DNA of 41,473 bases from Acidimicrobiia bacterium (lineage in GTDB: Bacteria > Actinomycetota > Acidimicrobiia > Spongiisociales > Spongiisociaceae), in contig JBFGLM010000040.1 of assembly GCA_041576165.1 (NCBI GenBank), positions 1-41,473 on the forward strand, read 5' to 3'. The notes beneath the pieces were generated by a model that did not search any database, was not told where the DNA came from, and worked only from the letters and a program-made list of their open reading frames with translations. Below, in pieces: positions 34,099-41,473 of the stretch. Positions within the stretch are counted from its first letter, which is position 1. Every line of letters begins with the position of its first letter. A program made the position numbers and the translations under genes.

Positions 34099-36372
34099 AT
34101 GGTGGGGCGGCTTGGGATGTTGCGGCGCTGCGGACACATGCCGCTGGCCCTGTGCATGATGCTCGTAGTCGCCGCCTGCTCGTCCCGCACGTCCACCACG
34201 ACAACTGCCGAAACAGTGGCGCTGGAGACGACTACCACGACACTGGTGGACGTCGCCGACGTTACCGGACACCTCGTCGAAATCCGGGCCGAGGGCCTGT
34301 TTGCGCCGGCTGGACAGTTCGAGACGGGGACGGGGACTGGTGTGATCGTCTCCTCCGACGGACTGATCCTGACTGTGGCCACGGCAGTGGTCGGGGCCGA
34401 TCGCGTCAACGTTTTCGTTCCAGGCGAGCAGTTCCCGCTCGAAGCCACGATCCAGGCTGTGGGGCAGTGCGCCAACCTGGCGCTGCTGAAGGTAGATGGC
34501 TCGTACAAACCGCCGGAGCTGGGCGAGGCGGGGACGCCCGCAGCGATTCTCTCGGTGATTGACCGGGAGCCGCACCTCGATGCCGAAACTCGTGAGCTGG
34601 ACGCATCAGGGGCGCCGGTCGGTGACTGGTCGGCCGGCGGTGTCGCCATCGATTCGAGCGGGCGCATCGCCGGGATGGTGGTCGGTCAATCCGGCACCCA
34701 GCCTGCGCTCATGCCCATCGACGATCTCGTGAGCTGGCTGAACAGGATGCGATTACGCGAGGTGGTCGACCAGCTGGGATTCGCTGCTCTCGACGGCGAC
34801 GACGGCGTCATCGTGACCGGTGTCGACGCCGGGTCAGACGCGGCAACCGCCGGTCTGCAGGCGGGCGACGTGATCACGCGTGTAGTCGGGGGCTCGGCGA
34901 ACGTGCCGGCGCTCTGCCAGGCGTTTGCAGCCGGCGGGCCTATCGGCATCGAGCTGATTCGCGATGGCCGGCGTCATCTTGGAGAGATCCGGGGAACCTC
35001 GATCCGGGTGGCTTCGGCCCGCACCCAGCAGCAGCTGCGGGAGGCCGTGGTCCGCGTCGACGCGTTCGTGCCCGGTTTTGAAGCGCCCGGAACCGGCACG
35101 GGATTCTTCATCTCGGACGACGGCTTGGCCGTGACGAACTATCACGTCGTCGCAGGAGCCGACCGGGTGGAGCTGGTCTTCGACGGCGGTGAGCGGCGGG
35201 TGGATGCGGCAATCGTCGGCCGTTCGATGTGCCACGACCTTGCGGTGATCCGCGCAGAGGGGGTCGGCTACACGTTTCTCGAATGGGCGCCGGACCCGCC
35301 GGTGCTCGAGGAACCGGTGCGGGTCATCGGGTTCCCATTGAGCACCGACAACCTCACGATTCAGACCGGAGCCGTGGCCAAAGAACGCGGCGACGAGGTG
35401 AGCTTTGCTCCACTGCTCCCGCTATTCGAGCATTCGGCTGAGGTCAACCGGGGCAACTCGGGGGGTCCGGTCGTCAACGAACTAGGCGAGGTGCTGGGTG
35501 TGACCAATGCCATCAACGTCACAGGCCCATCGGTTCAGGAGCTGGCCATTGTCGGGCTCCAGGCGGCGTCGGTTGTTGAAGAACTTCGATCGGGTGATTT
35601 GATTCATCCCGGATTCTGGTCGTTCATCGACGTCAATACGTCTGAGCGTTTTCTCGGTCGGACGAACTTGACAGTCGACCGGGTGGACCCAGGCGGCCTG
35701 GCCGACCGAGCCGGGGTGGTAGCCCGCGACGATGTAGTCGACATTGGGGCCGCCCGCGATCTGACGGAAGGTCTCGACATCAGCGGGACCTGCGCAGTCA
35801 TGAGCTCCGCCGAGACGGCCGAGCTTCCCGTCATCGTGCATCGGTGGCTGACGGGGGACCACTACCGGGGTCGGCTGGGGCAAGCGCTCAACCTGATCCC
35901 GCTTCCTTTTGTCGGCTTCGATCCCACCTTCTCGATCACGGCGTCGATCCCCGGTGACTGGGCCGATCTGCAACCGATCGTTCCCGCGGAGGACAACGAC
36001 TGGAAGGGGTTCCGCGCGGGCGTCAGCGTCGAGGAGTTTCTCGACGACTTCGGACGCAGCCCCGGGACACGGGTGCTGTTGTCGCAGCAACTGTTCCACC
36101 AGGAGACAACCGAGGCGTACCTGCAAGAGACCATCTACGGACAATGTGTCCCTTCCCCAATCGACGCCGCCCGAGTGGATGATCTGGTGGGTCATCGACG
36201 GGTGTGGAGCAACTGTTACGGGCGTGGCTTCGAGATCCGGAGCTACGCCTTCGACACGCCCGAGGGTCTACGTATTCTGGTTCTCACCGCTGCGGACTCA
36301 GTGGAGATCGACTGGGTGACCGACCTCGTTTTGGGTTCCTTGAGTTACGAGGCGGCTCTCCTCGAGGAGTGA
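34099..36372 (+). CDS. Lipoprotein with tandem trypsin-like (S1C/HtrA) and PDZ modules
   Basis: Lipobox VAAC and Thr-rich linker. The second protease domain has TNYHVV, DLAVI and GNSGGP; two PDZ-like segments (AGLQAGDVI, AGVVARDDV). The start may be 34117 or 34138. Confidence 0.88.
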   Translation: MVGRLGMLRRCGHMPLALCMMLVVAACSSRTSTTTTAETVALETTTTTLVDVADVTGHLVEIRAEGLFAPAGQFETGTGTGVIVSSDGLILTVATAVVGADRVNVFVPGEQFPLEATIQAVGQCANLALLKVDGSYKPPELGEAGTPAAILSVIDREPHLDAETRELDASGAPVGDWSAGGVAIDSSGRIAGMVVGQSGTQPALMPIDDLVSWLNRMRLREVVDQLGFAALDGDDGVIVTGVDAGSDAATAGLQAGDVITRVVGGSANVPALCQAFAAGGPIGIELIRDGRRHLGEIRGTSIRVASARTQQQLREAVVRVDAFVPGFEAPGTGTGFFISDDGLAVTNYHVVAGADRVELVFDGGERRVDAAIVGRSMCHDLAVIRAEGVGYTFLEWAPDPPVLEEPVRVIGFPLSTDNLTIQTGAVAKERGDEVSFAPLLPLFEHSAEVNRGNSGGPVVNELGEVLGVTNAINVTGPSVQELAIVGLQAASVVEELRSGDLIHPGFWSFIDVNTSERFLGRTNLTVDRVDPGGLADRAGVVARDDVVDIGAARDLTEGLDISGTCAVMSSAETAELPVIVHRWLTGDHYRGRLGQALNLIPLPFVGFDPTFSITASIPGDWADLQPIVPAEDNDWKGFRAGVSVEEFLDDFGRSPGTRVLLSQQLFHQETTEAYLQETIYGQCVPSPIDAARVDDLVGHRRVWSNCYGRGFEIRSYAFDTPEGLRILVLTAADSVEIDWVTDLVLGSLSYEAALLEE

Positions 36373-36393
36373 CCGGTCGTCGCGGGAGCTTGC

Positions 36394-36834
36394 TCACAGT
36401 GGGGACGGCCGGTGTCCGCTCAGAAACGCTCGCAAGGGGTCTGGAAGGGGAGCCGTTGATAGGCGTGACGGGTCATCGGCGTGAGGCCGGGCGAAAACCC
36501 GGATCTCATGGCCGCTCGCCAGATCATCGCTCCCCCGGGCGAACACGTGTGCAATGCGAAAACTCCGCCCGCGGATCTCGACGACCGAAGAGGTAACCAC
36601 CAGTTCGTCGTCATAGTACGCGGGGGCCGTGAAGCGGCACGCTGCCTCGACGATCGGGAGGGCATAGCCGGCCTCGGCGAACAAGTCGGCAAAGCGGCTG
36701 GTCGGGGTGCGGAAGAACTCGTGGGTGGCCTGGTCCATCCACGTGTAGAAGTTGGGGTAGAAGACGATGCCAAAAGGATCCGTTTCACCCCAGCGAACCC
36801 GTATTCGGTATTCGACGCTTCGTCCCGTGGTCAT
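36394..36834 (-). CDS. 4HBT/YbgC-family acyl-CoA thioesterase
   Basis: RVRWGETDPFGIVFYPNFYTWMD and LPIVEAACRF..PA.YDD. RBS GGAGG before ATG 36834. Confidence 0.9.
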   Translation of the reverse strand: MTTGRSVEYRIRVRWGETDPFGIVFYPNFYTWMDQATHEFFRTPTSRFADLFAEAGYALPIVEAACRFTAPAYYDDELVVTSSVVEIRGRSFRIAHVFARGSDDLASGHEIRVFARPHADDPSRLSTAPLPDPLRAFLSGHRPSPL

Positions 36835-37061
36835 GTCCTCCACCCGGAACAGTCTGGTCGACGCAGCCCATGGTGGTGCGGTCCGCCGGAGAACAAGCTC
36901 CGGACTGGCGGAACGTCGGATGCAACGTTTCGCGGATGGGGCTGCTGGAGAACACCCGGGAGGCCCACAAGCCGTTGTGAGATCGGGCCTGGCGCGTCGC
37001 CGCTCAATCCCGCTCGGCATTGAATGCGAACTCTCTCGGCTGGCGGTGCGGCCGCTTCCGA

Positions 37062-38435
37062 TCAGGCGACCAGGGTCATGGCACGATCCGGCTGTAACAG
37101 GAACGGGGGCAGATAGGCGGGGATGTTCGAGAATGGCAGGACATCCGGATGCAGCTCGATGCCAAGAGAGTCGCGCATGAAGCCCCGGCGGGCTCCGATG
37201 CGCTGCCAGGCATCGGGATAGCGACGGGCGAACTCATTCCTGAGCGTCTCGTCCGCCAATGCAATGCCGTCTTCGATGTTGGTCGTGAAATACTCGGTAC
37301 CGGTCGCCGGTATGACGTCCACCTGGAAAGCCATGCCCGCTGCCAGCGGGATCGTCGATCCGGCGTATACGGGAGAGTTGACCCACTCGTCGAGATGGAT
37401 CTGGTGGCCCGGGTTCAGGAAAATGCCGAAGAATGGGTCTCCCAAGTGGCGCTCGATGATTTCGAAGAGCACACCGCCGGTTTGGCCGATGTGGAGGGCG
37501 CCGTACCACTCGGCGATCGCCTCGAAATAGGGGCGGACGAGCCGGTCGACGTAGTCCCGGATATCGGTGGGCAAGTCGTCTGGTCCGGTCGCCACGAAGC
37601 CGGCCCGGCAGTTCAACGCGCCCCAGATACCGAAAGCCACGGTGAACCGATCACCTTGTTGGATCTTGCGGTCGCCCGGGCTGAGGAGCCCGAACGACGC
37701 CCGTTCGCCGGCGGTGAGCATCAGATGGCATGAGAGCGGCATCCCGTTCCATTCGAGCAGCCGGACCGCCTCGTCCTCACGCAGACCGGGATGCAGCCCG
37801 AAGATCAACCGCCGCACGCCCTGGGACGTGTGACAGGCCGCGTATTCGAACGCGGCCAGCTGCTCGATCTCGTTGATGACTCGCAGCCCATCTGCCGCCC
37901 CGATCAGCAGGTCGGTCGCATTCCACACGCGTCCGTCGGTGCCGGTGAGCCGGCGTAGCTCGTCGACTATGTACGCAGGTGTCTCGATCGTCGAGGGGTC
38001 GGCGAACTGTTTCCAGCCGATGACCCCGACGCGGCCGCCCGACCCGATGCCCTCCTCGGCCAGGATGTCGGCGAGCGGGCGTGACCGATCCCGGGGCTGT
38101 CCCGGCAGACTGAAATCCTGGAACATGTGGCGGCGCATCGGGAGCGGAGCGGCACCCGCCATCCCGTAGCACTCGTTGCCCACCAGCAGGGCCGGCTCAT
38201 CGTCGGGGCCGAGTACGAGCATCGCCTCCTCGAAGCGCGGGTCGAATCCGGTCAGATAGGAAAGGTTGGCGCTGTGCTCCCGATCGGCGTAGACGACGAT
38301 GTGATCCCATCCCTCATCGTCCATTCGCTCCCGGAGCAGCCCGACCCGCCCGTGATAGACCGCATCCGGGATTTCGGGAATCGCGTCCGGCATACCGAAC
38401 TCGGGCAGATCAATCTGGGCAAGGTTCGCGGTCAT
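37062..38435 (-). CDS. Creatinase/Xaa-Pro aminopeptidase (M24 pita-bread fold)-like protein
   Basis: N-domain VVYADREHSANLSYLTGFDPRFEEA; C-domain NPGHQIHLDEW, GMAFQVD and NIEDGI. ATGA overlap with the upstream gene. Confidence 0.8.
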   Translation of the reverse strand: MTANLAQIDLPEFGMPDAIPEIPDAVYHGRVGLLRERMDDEGWDHIVVYADREHSANLSYLTGFDPRFEEAMLVLGPDDEPALLVGNECYGMAGAAPLPMRRHMFQDFSLPGQPRDRSRPLADILAEEGIGSGGRVGVIGWKQFADPSTIETPAYIVDELRRLTGTDGRVWNATDLLIGAADGLRVINEIEQLAAFEYAACHTSQGVRRLIFGLHPGLREDEAVRLLEWNGMPLSCHLMLTAGERASFGLLSPGDRKIQQGDRFTVAFGIWGALNCRAGFVATGPDDLPTDIRDYVDRLVRPYFEAIAEWYGALHIGQTGGVLFEIIERHLGDPFFGIFLNPGHQIHLDEWVNSPVYAGSTIPLAAGMAFQVDVIPATGTEYFTTNIEDGIALADETLRNEFARRYPDAWQRIGARRGFMRDSLGIELHPDVLPFSNIPAYLPPFLLQPDRAMTLVA

Positions 38436-40150
38436 CGGGCCTTCGCTCCCGTCGGCAAGTCGGTTCCCGGTGTCCATATGGCGGGTTCGGCGGCGTTGCG
38501 TTCGATGACCGCAAACCGGTTGGCCTCGAGCATCTGCCAAGGGCCCAGCTCACCATCGGGCCACCGCACTCGAATTCGAGCCGCATCCGCGGCGCCCAAG
38601 CCGAAGTGGACCCAACCCTGCTGGTCGCCCCCGTGGCCGCCTCCGATCGTGAGTTCACGCTCCACGGTCCCGCCGCCGGCGTCCACCTCGATCCATGCCC
38701 CTACCGCGTCGATGTTGGGAGGGGTCTGCGACAGTCGGATCGCGATCCAATGGCCCATGGCACCGGGCTGATAGCCCGTCCCCGTGCCGGCATTTCGCCA
38801 CAGGGTGATGTTCTCCCGTCGGTTGACCTCGACCAGATCCAACAGTCCGTCCAGATTGAAGTCGGCCAGGGCTGCACCCCGGGTCCGGCGGTAATTGGCG
38901 AGGCCGGCCTCCATCGCGCCCTCGATGAACGAGCCGTCGGCTTGGCCCAGCAGCAGGTTGTTGGGATCGTCGGTGGCAGCTTCGACCATCGCCTCGACAT
39001 TCCCCTTGGAGATGTAGAGATCCATCAAACCGTCGTTGTTGACGTCCTGGAATTCGGGATGCCACGCAGTTGACGGCAGAACCTCGTCGCCCGTGTAGGG
39101 CCGGTGGGCGGTGGCCCCCAGTTCGAGGGCGATATCGACGTATTCCGGCCCCGTAGCCGTCTCGTCGAGGATCTGTAGCTTGTTGTCGCCCATGCTGGTC
39201 AAGAAGACCTCCGGGCGGTTGTCTCCGGTGAGGTCCTGGCTGGCGATCCCCATGCCCCAGATCTGCAAGGGCCGCCAGCCCTCGTCATCGGTGTAGAGGA
39301 CAGGGTCGACCCCCTCCTCGATTCGCCACAGCTGCTCCTGGCCGTCCCGGTAGTACTGGCGGTCGTTGCTCACCCTCAGGTCGCCGCCGCCCGACCGATC
39401 CCAGTCGCTGAACAGAATCGAGAGACTGCACCACCCGGGCTCCAGCAGAATGGGCTCCTGGTAAGTCCCCGTAGAGTCGGGCCGGATGAGGACATTGGGT
39501 TGGCACGTTCCGGTTCGCTCTCCGGAATCCGTCAGACCGAGGTAATTCCCGAACGCCATGGTGGGCCGGGCGGATGAGCCTTCCCACCTCGCAGTGAAGC
39601 CGGTGGTCCACGCCGCACCGCCATCCACCGACCATGCCTCGTTCGCCCGCTCGAACCGGCAGTCGCCGCGCCCGCGCAGCATGACGTTCTCTCCGAGCCG
39701 CAGGACGGCCAGATCCATGTGCCGGTCCGAGTCGACGTCGAGGGGATACGCGCCCACCACCCCGGTCAGGTCGATGACGCTGCTTGCGGACTGCTCGAAT
39801 TGGAGGCGACCGCCGACCATGCTGGCGTTCCGATACAGGGCGGCCGGATTTGCACCGCCGGCAAAGAACAGGTCGGGCCGACCATCGAGGTCACAGTCCA
39901 ACACAGCCACACCGCCTCCGACGAAGTGCGTGAATTCACCGTCGTATTCGTGATCAATGCCGGCCGCTGTCGCCTCTTCGACGAATCGCGGCGCGATCGA
40001 CGGGTCACTCGTATCAGTGGGGGAAAACCATTGAAACCCCAACCAACCGATCAGAGCCGCGGCGAGTACGACGCCCACGACGATCCGCAGGAGACGCCGC
40101 AGTGGTGAGGGATGGCCGGCCGGTCGTTCGAGGATGGGTGTTTGCGCCAC
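38432..40150 (-). CDS. CRTAC1-family protein (FG-GAP/VCBS repeats plus C-terminal ASPIC/UnbV domain), membrane-anchored
   Basis: N-terminal TM; repeated DxDxDGxxDL motifs (DCDLDGRPDL, DLTGDNRPEV, DVNNDGLMDL, DFNLDGLLDL); AVGAWIEV…HFGLG…VRWPDG. Confidence 0.9.
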   Translation of the reverse strand: MAQTPILERPAGHPSPLRRLLRIVVGVVLAAALIGWLGFQWFSPTDTSDPSIAPRFVEEATAAGIDHEYDGEFTHFVGGGVAVLDCDLDGRPDLFFAGGANPAALYRNASMVGGRLQFEQSASSVIDLTGVVGAYPLDVDSDRHMDLAVLRLGENVMLRGRGDCRFERANEAWSVDGGAAWTTGFTARWEGSSARPTMAFGNYLGLTDSGERTGTCQPNVLIRPDSTGTYQEPILLEPGWCSLSILFSDWDRSGGGDLRVSNDRQYYRDGQEQLWRIEEGVDPVLYTDDEGWRPLQIWGMGIASQDLTGDNRPEVFLTSMGDNKLQILDETATGPEYVDIALELGATAHRPYTGDEVLPSTAWHPEFQDVNNDGLMDLYISKGNVEAMVEAATDDPNNLLLGQADGSFIEGAMEAGLANYRRTRGAALADFNLDGLLDLVEVNRRENITLWRNAGTGTGYQPGAMGHWIAIRLSQTPPNIDAVGAWIEVDAGGGTVERELTIGGGHGGDQQGWVHFGLGAADAARIRVRWPDGELGPWQMLEANRFAVIERNAAEPAIWTPGTDLPTGAKAR

Positions 40151-40254
40151 GACCGTAGTATCGCTCAGCGTTCCCGCTGCTGTGCGAGTTGCGGAGTTGC
40201 CGCCCAGTGACGCGATCCGTCGTGGACACGTTCCAAATCCGCGGAACGCTACGA

Positions 40255-40282
40255 TTGACTAGTCCCTTCCCGGGACAGTCAA
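40255..40282 (+). promoter_or_regulatory. Hairpin abutting the RBS of the sugar-binding protein gene
   Basis: TTGACT-A-GTCCC / TTCCC / GGGAC-AGTCAA is an 11-bp stem with one bulge, ending at AAGGAGG (40281-40287). Confidence 0.45.
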
Positions 40283-40295
40283 GGAGGAAGCAACT

Positions 40296-41408
40296 TTGCT
40301 CAATCGGAAACTGATCGCCCTTTTTGCGGCCCTCATGCTCGTACTCGCAGCATGTGGCGGTGATGACGAGGGCGGCACGACGGATACTGCGGCCGAAGGC
40401 GATACCGCCACCACCGCCGCGGCAGCGGGCGGCGACGACGAAATCATCGTCGGCGTCTCCTGGAACAACTACAACGAGGAACGGTGGGCCAAGTCCGACG
40501 AGCCGGCCATCCAGGCTGCACTCGACGCGGCGGGCGCGAGCTACATCTCGACCGACGCCGGGTCTTCGGCGGAGCAGCAGCTAGCAGATGTCGAGCAGCT
40601 GATCTCGCAAGGGGCCGATGCGTTGATCATCCTCGCCCAGGACGGCACGGCCATCCTGCCGGCGGTGGAAAGCGCTCTCACTCAGGGTGTACCGGTGATC
40701 GCGTATGACCGTCTGATCGAGAACCCAGGCGCGCTGTACATCACCTTCGACAACGTCGAGGTGGGCAGGATGCAGGCGCGGGCCGTCTACGAATTGGTGC
40801 CCGAAGGCAACTACGTCTTCATCAAAGGCAACCAGGCTGATGCCAACGCCGACTTCCTGCGCGGCGGCCAGCAAGAGGTGCTGCAGGAGGCCATCGACTC
40901 TGGCGCCATCGTCAACGTTGGTGAGTCCTACACGGACAACTGGGACCCGGCCATTGCCCAGACCAACATGGAGCAGTTCCTGACCCAGAACAACAACGAG
41001 GTGGATGCCGTTGTCGCATCCAACGACGGCATGGCAGGCGGTGTGGTTGAGGCGCTCCGTGCGCAGGGTCTGGCCGGTATCGTGCCTGTGTCGGGCCAGG
41101 ACGGCGATGCGGCCGCCCTCAACCGGGTGGCGCTCGGCGAACAAGCCGTGTCGGTTTGGAAGGATGCGCGGGAGCTCGGTGAGGCGGCCGGAGAAGCGGC
41201 GGTGGCGCTCGCCCAGGGCACGCCGCTGCCAGATGTCTCCGGCGTCGTCGACTTCGAGTCGCCCGGCGGAAACACCATGACGTCGATCCTGCTGGAGCCG
41301 ATTCCCATCACGCAGGACAACCTGAACGTCGTGCTGGAAGCCGACTGGATTGACGAGGCGACGCTGTGCCAGAACGTGCCATCCGGCTCGGTGGCGGCTT
41401 GCCCCTGA
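40296..41408 (+). CDS. xylF: Sugar ABC transporter substrate-binding lipoprotein (D-xylose XylF type)
   Basis: Lipobox LAAC, GVSWNNYNEERW, IAYDRLI, FDNVEVG, ASNDGMAGG, SGQDGD and SVWKD. TTG start after AGGAGG. Confidence 0.85.
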   Translation: MLNRKLIALFAALMLVLAACGGDDEGGTTDTAAEGDTATTAAAAGGDDEIIVGVSWNNYNEERWAKSDEPAIQAALDAAGASYISTDAGSSAEQQLADVEQLISQGADALIILAQDGTAILPAVESALTQGVPVIAYDRLIENPGALYITFDNVEVGRMQARAVYELVPEGNYVFIKGNQADANADFLRGGQQEVLQEAIDSGAIVNVGESYTDNWDPAIAQTNMEQFLTQNNNEVDAVVASNDGMAGGVVEALRAQGLAGIVPVSGQDGDAAALNRVALGEQAVSVWKDARELGEAAGEAAVALAQGTPLPDVSGVVDFESPGGNTMTSILLEPIPITQDNLNVVLEADWIDEATLCQNVPSGSVAACP

Positions 41409-41436
41409 TCGGCTGAAAACTGGCAATTGACCAAGA

Positions 41437-41473
41437 CGCGTTGCGCTCACGGAACTAACGTGAGCGCAACGCG
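41437..41473 (+). terminator. Strong stem-loop after the binding-protein gene (terminator or mRNA stabiliser)
   Basis: CGCGTTGCGCTCACG-gaactaa-CGTGAGCGCAACGCG is a 15-bp perfect stem that reaches the window edge. Confidence 0.75.

Overview
High-GC bacterial chromosome window. Gene content and protein style suggest an actinobacterium, possibly Acidimicrobiia; this is inference. Left part: PaaI thioesterase, HpcH/HpaI aldolase, a truncated TrkA-C-family membrane gene, RimK-TrkA_C, malonate genes matA/matB, a GH92 mannosidase and a ceramidase-type membrane hydrolase. Centre (about 9.7-23.8 kb): a self-contained signalling plus surface-glycan island with a hybrid PAS/GAF kinase, XRE-HTH/receiver regulator, tandem STAS protein, flippase, 1037-aa GT-C-like membrane protein, pyruvyltransferase, GT2, GT4, ManC and an atypical REC-PAS kinase. 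The island carries four sigma28/WhiG-like promoters, two of them sharing a duplicated 43-bp AT-rich module, and decayed genes lie on both sides of it. Right part: AlkD-like protein, a PHA locus (phaB, phaC, phasin-like gene, Rv0474-like XRE regulator), an fahA-linked aromatic catabolic operon without hmgA, a double trypsin-PDZ lipoprotein, thioesterase, M24-like and CRTAC1-like pair, and an XylF-like sugar-binding protein. No rRNA, tRNA, CRISPR array or transposase was recognised. All protein assignments come from motif recognition by eye; no database searches were run.
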